This document shows positions 1 to 13,452 of a DNA stretch of 64,000 nucleotides, piece by piece. The DNA is taken from the NCBI RefSeq assembly GCF_028641065.1, contig NC_073401.1, forward strand, positions 19,220,001-19,284,000, written 5' to 3'. Both the position numbers and the translations under genes were made by a program. Below the pieces are notes generated by a model that was not told the DNA's origin, made no database searches, and worked only from the letters and a program-made list of their open reading frames with translations. This stretch comes from Leucoraja erinacea (taxonomy: Eukaryota). Position 1 is the first letter of the stretch. Each line of letters opens with the position of its first letter.

Positions 1-297
1 AGTGTAGGATGTGGAACTGGGATGACAGATATAGTAAAAGAGGGATCGCTGGTTGGTGCGGACTTGGGCCGAAGGACATGTTTCCACGCTGTATCTCTAA
101 ACCAAGTTAACTTTTGTAAGTTAAACTGGGGCAGGACTTGTACAGTAAATGTGTGGGCCCTGAGGATGTAGAACAGCTGCCCTGGGACTAGGTACATATT
201 TTCTCTAAAGTGAGGACTCGGGTAAACAATGTGGTGGATAGCATATTTGGCATACTTGCCTTCACTGGTCAGGGTTCCGAGTACAAGAGTTTAAATT

Positions 298-560
298 AGA
301 GATACCACGTGGAAACAGGCCCATTGGGCCAGCGATCACCCGTATACTTGTTCTATCCGGCACACCGGGAACAATTTACAGAGGCCAATTAACCTACAAA
401 TCTGCATGTCCTCAGAATGTGGGATGAAACCGAAGCACTTGGAGAAAACACACAGTCACAGGGAGAACGTACAAACTCCGTGCAAACAGCAGACAAAGTC
501 AGGACTGAACCCAGGTCCCAGACACTGTAAGGCAGCAACACTACTGCAGCAACACGTCTG
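298..560 (-). mobile_element. tRNA-derived V-SINE (HE1-like) fragment
   Basis: Reverse strand carries ggagtttgtacgttctccctgtgactgtgtgttttctcc, the V-SINE central domain, preceded by a box-B-like ggttcagtcc. Confidence 0.65.
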
Positions 561-1148
561 CCACCCAGAAGCGACGTCGAGTTACAACTGTACAATTCAT
601 AGGCAGGATCACACTTGCAGTATTGTAGGTAGTTTTTTTGTTGCCCAACTGCGCAACTCAGACTTGAGTTTTTAAGGGGAGGCTGGATAGGATGGGAATT
701 ATCTCCCTGTTGCCTAGCAAACTGATGGCTAATCTTGAAGAAATAAATATATGAGACAATGAGGTAAATACGTTTTTTTTACATAGGATAGGGGAGTCCA
801 AAATGAGAGGTCATATGTTAAAGTGACAGGGGAAAGATTTAAAAGGGATCAGAAGGGCAACTTTATCGTACAGGCGGTGGGTACATGAATGAATGAACGA
901 GCTGCCCGAAGAAGCTTTGGAAGTGACTATAATTACATTGTTTAAAATATGCTTAGACAGGTACATAGAGAGGACAGGGTCAGATAGATTCTCGGCCAAA
1001 TGCATAAATGAAATGGGTCCAAGGGCCGTTTTTTAAAACTTGCTGTCGAACCCTATGTCTGACTTTTAGCTAGTTTGCAGCCTTCCTTGCATTTAGATGT
1101 TAATATACTGGCTTAATTTGTTCTTTTTGCTTTTCTGTGTACATACAG

Positions 1149-1262
1149 GGATTTATGGAGCAAATCCAGGTATTTAGGAATATTGCCACACATTACAGCA
1201 TGCCCTTCCTGACGGAGACTGTTGATTGGATGTTTAGGATGAATGCACACTTGAAGTCATGA
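1149..1262 (+). CDS. POLE: DNA polymerase epsilon catalytic subunit, terminal coding exon
   Basis: Polypyrimidine tract and CAG acceptor at 1146-1148, then GFMEQIQVFRNIATHYSMPFLTETVDWMFRMNAHLKS*. This matches the vertebrate POLE C-terminus (human ...[28 protein letters not shown]...). POLE also neighbours P2RX2 in mammals. Confidence 0.92.
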   Translation, partial: GFMEQIQVFRNIATHYSMPFLTETVDWMFRMNAHLKS

Positions 1263-2233
1263 AGGCAGAAGAATTAACTGGATGGAAGTCAGACATGTAT
1301 ATACAATCATATTATGGACATCACTTATTGTAGGCCTGTTGAAGAAAGTTTCAATGCCAGCAACACGCCAGCATTGCTCCATTTCAGTGGAAGAAACAAC
1401 TCCCTTCTTGGGCAATTCAAAGATAATAGGTTCTTCCTGAAGATACATTTCTGACAGTGCCAGGTTAATTTCTTGAAAGAGTAAGGACATCTAACACCAA
1501 ATGCATCCTGATGCATCCTTTTGATACTCAAAGTTAAAATTGAACTTGTTCCATAACGTACAGTTCACATTTGTGGATGTGTACCACATGCCAAGAAACT
1601 ATTGCAGTGTAACATGCACTATGTTTACAAGGGATAAGTTTCATAAACTGTTCCAATTAAAGTCAACCAATTTAACTTTGCCTCAGACTTATGAGGTAAA
1701 ATCCTAGTTTTAATTCTGTTGCTGCTATATGGTTAATTGACAAAGCATGTAAAATTTGATATCTTTTGCAGGATATTGAGTTCATAGACCTTTGTACAAA
1801 TCTCTAAGTTTTGAACAACATTCACAAAATATATTATTTTCTAAAATGTTTAACGCAGGTTTATAAAACAGGAAATTGGAGTGGTCGTGCTTCATGTGTA
1901 GGAAATGATTGGGTAATTTCCAAGTAGTGTCGAATATAATTGCTCCAAAAGTGCTCTGTGCTAGCTGTAGTGTTAGTTGGTTTTATTGGCAGTCCATGCA
2001 TTTCATGTGAAAAACCAAAAGAACCATTGTTAACCATTGATCTCAGTGTATTTATCAACTAAACACCAATAGCATTTGTGGAAGTTAGTGCTCTTGTGTA
2101 TTTTAAATTGCGTGGTATCGTGTCAAACTTTATTTGAAATTCACAAATGATTTTTTTTACAAGCTATAAAATGTGTCACTCTAATTCTCTGTTTCACTGT
2201 ATTGACATACTAAAGGTTGGAGTTTACCAAAAA

Positions 2234-2239
2234 AATAAA
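2234..2239 (+). promoter_or_regulatory. candidate POLE polyadenylation signal (AATAAA)
   Basis: AATAAA about 1 kb after the POLE stop in AT-rich UTR-like sequence; an ATTAAA at ~1656 is an alternative. Confidence 0.35.
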
Positions 2240-2779
2240 AACTGAACTAATTTGGTACATATTAAGTGATCCATGTAAACAAAGTAAATTGGGTCATAAG
2301 GATATACAAAAGTAGACTAAGCAATTGTACTTGGTCTAATTCTTTTAAATGAAAGCTTAGATTCTATGACTGATTATAGATTACAAATGTTTAATTATAT
2401 CTTAGTTTTACTGTTTTCAGCCCATGCAGTAGTCCTTCCTATTTTCCAATCTTTAAGATCGAATTTCTAAATAAGTTCATAGCCCACCCTCTAATCTTAC
2501 TTGAGAATGGTTTCAAACTACCAGATACATTAGGTTAAACTAAGGAAAGCATCATTTATTTTTAAATTGGTGCAGTGCATTTGATGATGATGTAGACAAA
2601 TGCATATAGTTGTATATTTAACTTGTATTCAGCTAAGATGAAGGGTGAGTAAATTATGTGTCCCATACAGTGCAATTCCTCAATATATATTGACCTTCAT
2701 ATCTTGGGTTGGTCCCACCTGCTCCCATTTTCTTGGTGGAGATACTGTTGCAGCTATAGTTAATTACAATTAGCATATA

Positions 2780-4328
2780 CAGTGCCCTCCATAATGTTTG
2801 GAACAAAGACCCGTCATTTATTTATTTGCCTCTGTACTCCACAATTTGAAATTTGTAATAGAAAAGATCACATGTGGTTAAAGTGCACTTTGTCAGATTT
2901 TAATAAAGGCTATTTTTATACATTTTGGTTTCACCATGTAGAAATTACAGCAGTGTTTATACATAGTCGTCGTCCCCCCCCCCCCCCCCCCCAATTCAGG
3001 ACACCATAATGTTTGGGACACAGCAATGTCATGTAAATGAAAGTAGTCATGTTTAGTATTTTGCTGCATATCCTTTGCATGCAATGACTGCTTGAAGTCT
3101 GCGATTCATGGACATACTGGGTGTCTTCTCTGGTGATGCTCTGCCAGGCCTGTATTGCAGCCATCTTTAGCTTTTGCTTGTTTTGGGGGATAGTCCCCTT
3201 CAGTTTTCTTTTCAGCATATAAAAGGCATGCTCAATTGGGTTCAGATCGGGTGATTGACTTGGCCACTTAAGAATTTACCGTTTTTTAGTTTTGAAAAAC
3301 TCCTTTGTTGCTTTAGCAGTATGTTTGGGATCATTGTCTTCCTGTAGAATGAACCGCCGGCCAATGAGTTTTGAGGCATTTGTTTGAACTTGAGCAGATA
3401 GGATGTATCGAAACACTTCAGAATTCATTATGCTACTACCATCAGCAGTTGTATCATCAATGAAGATAAGTGAGCCAGTACTTTCAGCAGCCATACATGC
3501 CCAGGCCATAACACCCCCACCACCGTGTTTCACAGATGAGGTGGTATGCTTTGGATCTTGGGCAGTTCCTTCTCTCCTCCATACTTTGCTCTTTCCATCA
3601 CTCTGATATAAGTTCATCTTCATCTCATCTGGCCACAAGACATTTTTCCAGAACTGTGCTTGCTCTTTTAAGTACTTCTTGGCAAACTGTAACCTGACCA
3701 TCATATTTTTTGCAGCTAACCAGTGGTTTGCATCTTGCAGTGTAGTCACTGTATTTCTGTTCATGAAGTCCTCTGCGGGCAGTGGTCATTGACAAATCCG
3801 CACCTGACTCCTGAAGAGTATTTCTGATCTGTCGGACAGGTGTTTGGGGATTTTTCTTTATTATAGAGAGAATTCTGCTGTCACCAGCTGTGGAGGTCTT
3901 CCTTGGCCTGCCAAGTGCTCTCTTTCTTCTTAATGATGTTCCAAACAGTTGATTTTAATAAGCCTAAGGTTTGGCTGATGTTTCTAACAGTTTTATTCTT
4001 GTTTGTCAGTCTCATCGTGGCTTCTTTGACTTTCATTGGCACAACTTTGATCCTCATGTTGATAATCATACCTGAGCAATTACAAATGCCTGTGAAGCCA
4101 TGTGTCCCAAACATTGTGGTGTCCTGAAATGGGGGGGGACTATATATAAACACAGCTGTAATTTCTACATGGTGAAATCAAAATGTATAAAAATTGCCTT
4201 TAATAAAATCTGACAATGTGCACTTTAACCACATGTGATTTATTTTCTATTACAAATCTCAAATTGTGGAGTACAGAGGCAAATAAATAAATGATGGGTC
4301 TTTGTCCCAAACATTATGGAGGACACTG
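2780..4328 (-). mobile_element. Tc1/mariner DNA transposon (IR/DR type), degenerate
   Basis: Long TIRs (2780-~3020 and ~4100-4328) beginning CAGTG after TA, each with an internal direct repeat (ccataatgtttggg/aaca). The minus-strand transposase is frameshifted but keeps the motifs VLWPDEMK, FILQEDNDPKH and SQSPDLNPIEH (DD34E). Confidence 0.95.
3276..3764 (-). pseudogene. Tc1 transposase catalytic-domain remnant
   Basis: ORF reads RLQFAKKYL...VLWPDEMKMNL...SVKHGGGGVMAWACM...QEDNDPKHTAK; flanking parts of the protein lie in other frames. Confidence 0.9.
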
Positions 4329-4772
4329 AAAACGATTTTTGTTTTGTGTTATTTATTGCAAAAAACACCATTTGATCAAAATATATTTTCATTCTCAACT
4401 TCTTACATTGTGTCCCAATTTTTAAAATTGATTTAGAAAGAAATACAAATTAAATATTGACTCCTTAGTACATTGGCACATACTCATTCTAGTTTGGTTT
4501 CTCATTAAAATAAACATTCTCGTGCGATTCCAGCAAGAATTAAAACTTTGAGGTATACTTATAAATATCTGAGAAGACAAATTCTTGAACATAGGCTAAA
4601 AATTCTACTTGGAACAATGAATGAATAATTCATACCAAATCAGACCGATGCTATTCCTTGATTACATCCTCATTACTGGTGCCCAAATTGATCCAGGGCA
4701 CTCGGAGGAAAAAATAATCCCACTTGGTCCAAGGAATCGCACATTTCTTGAAGGATCAATTTCAATGCTTAA

Positions 4773-4832
4773 TCATTGCTGCGGGCCGTACATAGCTTTG
4801 CTGTTGACACTGAGACTGCAGTTGCCGGAATC
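4773..4832 (-). CDS. P2RX2: P2RX2 candidate terminal coding exon
   Basis: Acceptor tttttaattcag, then in phase 0 DSGNCSLSVNSKAMYGPQQ*. The DSG..S resembles P2X2/P2X3 tail ends. A minus-strand AATAAA lies downstream at 4352-4357. Confidence 0.45.
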   Translation of the reverse strand, partial: DSGNCSLSVNSKAMYGPQQ

Positions 4833-5730
4833 CTGAATTAAAAATTAAGTGCTGGAGGAGGTAATCTGTGCAGGGAACGTACAGATGACGTTTTGGGTCC
4901 AACTGAAGAAGGATCCTGCCTGAAACATCATCTAATCAACTGAGTGCCTCCATCCTCCCTCATTAAGTAATGCAAAGATGGAGATGTCCTGCAACTGAAC
5001 CTCGAGTGGTAGTAGTGCAAAGTCCATGAGACTGCTAGACTTTGCGCTACTCTGGTTGCACTGTGGCAGTCTGGTTTACTGAGAATAACTGGTCTTTTAT
5101 TGCATATTGTTATTGTGTTTAATATGTCTGGAAAGCTGCAGTCAGTAAGAATTGTATTGCTCTAGTTCAGGATAATTAAATACCTTTGAATTTGAACTCT
5201 TGAGGTATGTGAGTGTTTAATGTGTGGCATAAACTTGGTGGTTACACCACAAAAATCTGATAGATTTGGCATTAACTCGGATTATGTAAGGATTGACATC
5301 ATATTTAAGGTCTGAACATGCAATGTTTTCTGCTCTGGTTACTTTTGTAGATAACATGAATCACTGCAAAATTGTACTGCAAGAAATTCAAACCAAATCA
5401 GCATCCTGTCAGATCCATTTTTTTTTTCAACCTATATTTCCAGCTTCCACAAATGCCAGGAATTAAAAAAGGCAATGCTTAAAATACAGGTTGATAACAA
5501 TAGAATGAATTTGAATAATAGGATTAGTTTTCTGATCTAGTATTTTTAGTAGGAAGCCTAGGATTTAATGCATTAATGTTTTATCCATCTTGGAAATTCT
5601 CCTTCATGGACTGCTCAATCCTGGAAACATTGATATGTGACTTACTCTAAATAAAGGAGATGAGTATATTGTATAATTAGAATGTTGTAAAGTCAAATAT
5701 AACATTAGTTTGAATGCTGAGGTTGCTCAC

Positions 5731-5803
5731 CTCCAGCTTGTGGTCTCCCGTTGAAGTGTGAATGCTTTCCACAAAGGTCTGATGCAGGTGCAGTTTCATG
5801 CAG
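5731..5803 (-). CDS. P2RX2: P2RX2 possible cassette tail exon (73 nt, frame-shifting)
   Basis: Acceptor ctcttctttgcatatcacag and donor GAG|gtgagc; open reading LHETAPASDLCGKHSHFNGRPQAG. No homology support. Confidence 0.25.
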
Positions 5804-8033
5804 CTGTGATATGCAAAGAAGAGGTGCCAGTGGGTACGTTCTTATGGTTTGTGGAGGTAGTAAAATTGAAAGCAATTTGTCCTTGTTTATGAAGGAGTAA
5901 AAAGTCCAAGTTGAGTTCATTCTTGATCTTTAATTTTCAAAGTAGAAATGAAAATGTATTATTTTCCCTTCCCAAAGTTAAGAACCATCCACCTTGCTAA
6001 TAAATGAATCTCGTAATTTAGAAAAGTAAAAAGTCAAGTTACGTGCAAAGAAAATATATGTTGCTTCAAAAATGACAAAATATTGAAATCACATGTATTC
6101 TAAAAGCCACAGTATGTTCAACCAGGATCAGTAGTTTAAAATAAATCTTATACTCTTTTTCTTGAGGCTCATGTCAAGCTTCTGGTGTCTTGGGTTTCAT
6201 GTGTGAGCCTCCATGGTAACGTTTAGGTTGGTTCTCCCTGAGAAGAAACACAAATAACTCAATGTTGCTCTAAACCAACATACAGATAGTAGAAACAATA
6301 ATTTCAATAAGGAATCAAATGGACAGTAATTAAGAGTTAGATCCGCTTTGTACCACAATGTATTAAAGTCAATGGAAATGCTCAGACTGTCAAACCAACT
6401 TACTCCATGCAACCCAAACATGATTCTTTTTCATTCCTGCTCTAAGTGGTATATTTCTTCACTAACTCTCACATTTATCCACTGACCCTTATTAGCAAGC
6501 CATTTTGTTACTGCAATACATTCCGTATTAACTAAACTTTTTTTTGTTCTTCAACAACCTTCTGAGGAATTTTCACCACTGTCAACATTAATGAGGAAGA
6601 CTTCGAGGTTTAAAAATAAATTCTGATGAAAAATAATTAAATATTGGTGCTGTTTTTTTTTAAAGTAATAATTTACAAAGAATTCTTTATAGGAATACAT
6701 CATGTTAAAACCTCCAGCAGAGTGGAACCCTACGTAGACACAAAATTAAAAAAAAAATTATCATTACCTTTAAAACATCTGTACTTTTTCCCTTGTTATT
6801 AGCGTCATGGGCTCATATAACATAGAAACAGGCCCTTTAGCTGACCATATCTATGCTAAACATCAACCACCCATCTATAATAATATGAACCAGTATTTGG
6901 ACTGAAGCCGCCTTCACCTTGAGGATTCTAGTGCTTGTCCAAGTAGTTGTTGAATGTTGTGAGACTGCCTGCTTCCAACAGCCTCTCAAACAATGTAATG
7001 CAGTTTGCAATCACTCGCTGCTCTGTGCTCCACCTGGACTCGTGCCTATTTCTCCCCTCCACCTACATTCCTTCCTCTAGCTTCACAATTTGCAACTATT
7101 CAATCCTTTTGTCTCACACCTGTCTTTTCATCTCAGGTTTTTGTCCAACCATGTGCTTATGAATAATATCTTTATTTCGAACAATTCGAACGATACATAA
7201 ATACATACACACATACACCTATATAACTTACCAGCACGCAGGCCATCTCGTCCTACAAGTACTTCCTCCCCTTAGTCCACCAGCTTTACCATAACCCTCC
7301 ATTCCCTCTCATCCATATGCCTATCCAATTTATTTTTAAATGATACCAATGAACCCGCCTCCACCACTTCCACTGGGACTCACCACACCGCCTCTGGAGA
7401 AGGGTTCTCTGACCCCTAAACTTCTCAGCTTTGCATGTTCTCCAGACATGCTACTTGAGCCACTGAGTTAGTCCGGCACTTTGCCCTATCTTTGTAAACC
7501 AGTACCTGCAGTTTCTTTGTTTCTACATTAAATACTTTGTGGTAGTTTCCAAATATTAAAATTGTCCCTTTTAAAAAAAAGTAATGTCTAAAAATATTTC
7601 ACAAGATATGGGACCAGTGGCTATTGTAGACGCATTATCATATTCATTACTAAATGCACGGTTCAGCAAACGACCATAGGTGAGAGACCTTTTTCACTCT
7701 AAACTTCTTGACATGTAGACTTTGGAATCCTGAAAACACCCCTCCAATCTGCATTTTACTAATCCAATTTACCACACCTTCAAGATCATTGAGATACATT
7801 AATACACATTAGACTTTTGAAAGGGATAGGAAGCACTTATGATAGACCTTACCCCCATGTAATATAAAAAATAAACTAAACAGACAATTCAACTAAAACT
7901 ACTCCAATCAAGCTATTAAGCAACCCCCATCATCTTCCCCCTCCCACCTGTATCCACCTGTATTACCAGGCCTTGTCCTGTACTTGTAATGTTATCAACA
8001 ATGTTTGCAATTTTGTGGTAGTACTGGTCTCAC

Positions 8034-8090
8034 TTCTTGTTCTGTAGTTCCATTTTCATTATGTGTTGCTGTATTTCCAGTCTTTATTAC
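8034..8090 (-). CDS. P2RX2: P2RX2 candidate exon 12
   Basis: acacag|GTA...GAA|gtgaga, 57 nt, phase 0/0, VIKTGNTATHNENGTTEQE. It restores the conserved KKFEE-V junction. Confidence 0.55.
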
Positions 8091-9510
8091 CTGTGTAGTT
8101 TTAAAAATGGTTTCATGAATATGTGTTTCCCAATAAGTAACCAGTGCAAATGGAACCATTGCAAGTGTAGGGAAAGAGTGTCATCTTATTCTGGGTGCAA
8201 TAGTTCTAGTTGTCACTTGACATTTTTTGTTACAAATTTTAAAAACTTTCAAAAGTATTCAAACTTTAATTGTATGCCTTTGAAATTCCCATGCTGCTGT
8301 ATAAATTCAAACGTGGACTGTTTTCTCTAGAACACTAGAAGTTGAGAGGAGACCTAATAGAAGTATGCCGTTGATGAAATTATGAGAGGCATAGATTGGG
8401 TGGACAGACCCATTTTCGCCCAGGGTGGAATTGTCAAAGGTAAGGAGGGCATAGTTTTAAGGTATGGGGGCAAAGCTTAAAGGAGATGTGTGGGGCTTTT
8501 TTTTTTTTTTTTTTTTTTTTTTGCTTAGAGGGTAGTTGTAGCCTGGTATGTACTACCAGGTGACGCAGTTACGATAGTGGGATTTACAAAAGACTTTTAC
8601 TGTAAGTAGAGACATGGATGTGCAGGGAATTAAGAGGTATGGATTATGTGAGGCAGATCAAATTAGTTTATCTTGCCATTATATTGGGCACAGACAAATG
8701 GCCTATTCCAGTGTTGTACCTTCTACGTTCTAGCTAATAAAGGGAGATAACTGTATACATTATTTATTTTGTGCATTGGCCATAATATTTTGCAGTAAAT
8801 AATTCCAATAGTTTACATTCTTCAGGCATGTTGTAAGCTTTCTGACAATATAGCATTTGAAGTTTGCAGCAGAAATATGTACCCGCATGGTGCGCTATTT
8901 TAGTTCTCAAATTGCAACCACAACATCAAATGTATGTAAAGATGGCCCATTTTGCGTCCATCTTTCAATTTAGAAATTAAACTGAAGCCTCATTTACCAA
9001 CTCAGGTGGACACAAAGATCTCTTTCATACCCCCTGATGTTATGATGATCTGCTCATTTTGTCCTCAAGACATTCAAGGTACTGTATAACCAATCAACTA
9101 CTTTTGAGGTACAACCATTTTTTTTCATGGCATAACAAGATCCTTTGAAGAACAAATAACTAAATAATTATTTGTCTTGGTGTTTGGTTAGGTGAAGAAC
9201 ATTAGCCAATCCAGCCAAAAATCTCCTGATATACTAAATATGCATTAGGGTTAGGGAAACCCAGGCTAGTTCAAATTATATTTTCAACTGGAGGTTAACA
9301 TTTCTGTGGCACGTTTCATTGCTAAATCAAAATTCTATTCTTTGGCAACTAAAATTTCAGTTCTGATATTGGCTGCAATCAGTTCATTCAAGTACATTTG
9401 CCATCTCATCAAAGTAAAACTGGACAAGTGATCTGCAGAGACCCTGGATTAGAACACACAATCTTTTTAATTAGAGTAGATAAAAGCAATATGTATATTT
9501 GATCTTTCAC

Positions 9511-9588
9511 CTCTTCAAACTTCTTTTCACTGTAAACATCATTCTTGTTCATGAAAGTCAGCAAAATCCAGTCACACAGGAATGATCC
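9511..9588 (-). CDS. P2RX2: P2RX2 exon 11 (end of TM2, YxxxK motif)
   Basis: [26 protein letters not shown], nearly identical to mammalian P2X2; tag acceptor and gtgaaa donor. Confidence 0.95.
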
Positions 9589-12329
9589 CTAAATACAGGG
9601 AAGACAAATTAATTAATGAAATTACATGGACAGTGGCAAGTCTCTACAAATTGTAGCAGTTCACGGGTGAATGTATGAAAATTGTACAAAGATAAGAGGA
9701 ATACTTTCAAGGGTGAGTTAGATAGGGCTCTTAAAGATAGCTGGTTGGGATATGGGGAGAAGGCAGGAACGGGGTTCTGATTGGGGATGATCAGCCATGA
9801 TCACATTGAATGGCGGTGAGGGCCGAATCAAAGGCCTACTCCTGCACCTATTGTCTATTGAATAGATAAAACCTCAAGGCTGTTTTTATTCATTATGATT
9901 GTGGCTGATCTGTGAACTCAAGTTCAACTTTTCCATCTGCTCCACCAATCAATTGATTTGCTTTAAGTCCAAAATATATCGATCATACTAAGCTAAAGGA
10001 AGAAGGTAGATGAGAAAGATCCTACTATCAATCATCCTGTAACTGAGTGTTCTGAAATTGGAGCTTTTCCATGAAGCGTAATCACTTGGTAGAAATATGG
10101 GAGAGAAACCAAGACCTCATTTTTCAAGTCTTCTCAGAATCTTGTCTTTCATTGGACCTGATCAAATACTTCATTTCACTTCTCACAGGATCCTCATGGT
10201 CAGGTCTGTCCTTCATTGCTTCATGGTTCTCAGCCATCCAAGGATCTTGCTGCTATGACTGTCCCACAGGGCAGAGTGGTCCACAATCAGAAATCGGCTC
10301 CAGGAGGCACAAGCTGAGGTACCGCCCACAGACAATCCTGATCACTTAATGACAACTTACACTCTCGCTGGGATTTGTTGGTTATGATGTGTCCAGTTTA
10401 TCTGTTATCTAAAATCGCCCTTTTTGAAAGAAGCCTTCATTATTTATAGATTTATACTTTGTCTCACGGTAGAGCTACCAATGGGTGACACAAGTCTCTT
10501 TAGTCACCTCATTTCTTATTCAAACCCAAACTGATTCTACATCATTCCTCACCATTGCCATGGTCTTATCCTTTGTTTAACAGAGCTATCCCCTTTCATA
10601 TTCTCTCCTGCCTCTCCTTCTGAAAATATAAAATTTCCCAAAATATAATTTCCTCGGCTTGGTCACTTTGTAACCACACCTTTATCATGTCTCTGAAATC
10701 AATTGGATATAATACATTTTTTTATTTTGAAGTTAAAGAACCATCTTTAGGAAATCGGCATGCACCAAAATAGTTGTCTTGGGGAAAAAAAGCTTCCATG
10801 TAGCTTCCCTGAAATAAACAATCACCTTGTATCTTATGAACACAGTCAGAACAAAACTTGGCAATTCATAGGTGGATACAGGTGAGGAGGAGGTTGATTG
10901 TCGGATGGGTGGACACAAGCTAGAGATGAAATCTCTGGTCTTTGTCCACCCAACTGCCGATTAAACCTCTCTCACCTGTATCCACCTGTCACTGGCCAGC
11001 TTTGTCCTGTCTCTACCGTTATTCCAGAATTCTCCTTGCTACTACAATCAGTCTGAAGAAGCATCTCGAACCGAAACCTTGTCTTTCCATTCCACAGATG
11101 TTGCCTATCCCGCTGAGTTACTCCAGCAGTTTATGTTTTACTCAAGATTCTATTATCTGCAATTCTTTTGTCTACGCTCTCAAGAACACACCAGCTGTAT
11201 TCACTGCAGGAGACCATGAGTGATCACTTCTATTGACACGTGCAATGAAACTCAATTAAACAATGTAATGTACAGCCTTGAGTATTTTTAACAGCAACAA
11301 AATTAAACTTGTTATTAAGTTTTTTCATTTTTATAAATCCTGCGGGTAAAAATAATCTTGTTTATACAAGTCCATAGCCCGTAACCACCTTCTCACCATT
11401 GACAGTTGTTTTTATAACATGATTGACTATAACACACGGCTTCTTTGGAATGCAACTATTGTGTTGTAGCAGATCTACTTGCACACACTTGTGTTAGTAC
11501 GCTCTACCCTTTCCTGACTGTTTTTGTCAGCCACATGCAGTCATGCACCATTGCCTTCTTCCTCTCTGCCTTCCTACAAACCCTTTCAACTAAACTGCTT
11601 CCTTCTATGTCCAGCCTAGCTATCCTCTTTCCCAATTTTCCTCTGAAGCACAAGCAAAACTTCTCAAGAGGACATTGGTCCCATGTCCACTGAGTGCAGT
11701 GTTTCTGATTTGAACAGTTCCTATCCACCACCCAAGCCATGGCCCCAAAAGCTTGGAAATGTAAAGCCATTTCTCCAGTGGTTTATCCATCTGCTCTCTC
11801 CTGTTGTAGGGTGGTTGCGGTACATGTTTCAGTGCATCTCAAATATCTTTGATCAAATATATTTTGAAGCAGTTGATCAGCATTAAAACATTTTAAAAAT
11901 GTTTTGAATAAATATATTTAATAATCAGATATTTTGATCATTAGGATCTTTCCTGGTGCAGAGGTGACCTGTATAAGAGCAGGTGACTTGAATGGGAACC
12001 AACATTCTTGCAGGGTGTCTTTGCTAATGCTACTCGGGAGGGTTTAGAGCGGCATAGGGGGAGGGAACGAGAGTAGTTTAGATACAACATGGAAACCTTT
12101 ACCCCACCATGTCCATGCCGACCATCGATCACCCATTCATACTAGTTGTATGTATCCCACATTCTCATCCATTTGCTACACATTGGGCACAATTTCTAGG
12201 AGCACCCGAGGGCAGGATGGAACCCGGATCTGCGCCTCTACCAGCTGCACCTCCGCCCATAGCAGGTCAGAAATTGGAAGGAGTAATGGGAAGGTAGAGG
12301 TTAGGAACAGTAATTCTCAAAGGAAGGGC

Positions 12330-12810
12330 AGGCAGGGAGATGTGAAGGAATGTGGTGAAGCTGATGACCTGAATGAAGTGTTGCACTTTGGGAAGTTGGA
12401 TGTTAGGGGAAAAGACATAATTCATGACTTGACCTTGTCAGCATGATATGTGGAGCGATCTACAATACAAGTCCATAACTCCCTGAAAGTGACAACATCA
12501 GTAGTTAGAATGGTAAAGAGATGATATGGTATGCTTGACTTCATTGGTCAAAAAGTTGTATTGCAGCTCTATAAGACTTTGGTTCGGCCTCATTTAGAGA
12601 GCGACGTGCAGTTCTGGTCACCCTATTATGTGAAAGATGTGGAGGCCTTGGAAGGAGTGCAGGGAAGGTTTTCCAGAATGACACCTGGATAAGGGGATAT
12701 TAGCTGCAGGGGGAAGTTGGACAGACGTGGATTGTTTTCTCTGGAACACTGGAGGTTGCGGGTGGACCTGATAGAAGTGTATAAAATTGTAAGTATTTAT
12801 AGGGTAAGAA
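12330..12810 (+). mobile_element. old CR1 LINE ORF2 3' fragment
   Basis: Degenerate LYKTLVRPHLE..VQFWSP motif (ctctataagactttggttcggcctcatttagag). Confidence 0.75.
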
Positions 12811-13386
12811 GTCAGAATAGATAGCCATCCATTCTCTGCCTGTTCAGGTACCTGTCCAAATGCTTCTTAAACATCACAGTATCTTCTTGCATCACTTTCC
12901 TGGCTGAATGTTCAAGGCACCTTCCACACTTTCTTAAAAAAACCTAACTTATTAATCTCTTTGAAACATTTCCACTGTCATCTGAAAGTTATAGTCTTCA
13001 GGATCTGACATGTTCGCCATGTTCCTATCCCTAAGAATCTATCTTAAGTAGATCCTATCCCTAAGAACCTTCTACAATCATTTTCTATCACTGATGTAAG
13101 GCTCACCAGTCCAGAATTTCCCGTTTATCTCCAATTTCCTTTCTTAAACAAAGAAACAACATTCTTTGAAAAGCACAATTTCTCAACACCATCTACAATT
13201 TCCAATCTATACATTTACCTACAGCAATTGAATACTGCATCACTCATTCTTAATGTCATCGCAAGTACCATTGCGATACATCAGAATGTGGGATGAAATT
13301 CCTGTAATTGCAAAGATGTGCATACTATGACTTTGAGTAATACTGCACTTGATTCATCAGTGTTAAATATAAACAAAGGTACTTAC

Positions 13387-13452
13387 AATCCCAATGGATG
13401 TGAGAGCTGAAGCGACATTAATTATCGTTGGAACGATATTAAATTTTCCTGC
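13387..13452 (-). CDS. P2RX2: P2RX2 exon 10 (TM2)
   Basis: AGKFNIVPTIINVASALTSIGI; aag acceptor and gtaagt donor. Confidence 0.95.

Noticed and set aside
6140-6237. Alternative P2RX2 terminal exon after the acceptor ttcttctcag
   Set aside because: In phase 0 it gives only GEPT*. It cannot be excluded but has no supporting homology, so it is not annotated.
10189-10318. Plus-strand exon-like segment (cag...|gtaccg) inside P2RX2 intron 10
   Set aside because: No recognisable homology and no partner exons; it may be chance or a non-coding antisense exon.
11504-11770. Cys-containing minus-strand ORF as a possible P2X7-like ballast exon
   Set aside because: It lies between the two TM2 exons, lacks the ballast motifs, and would disrupt TM2.
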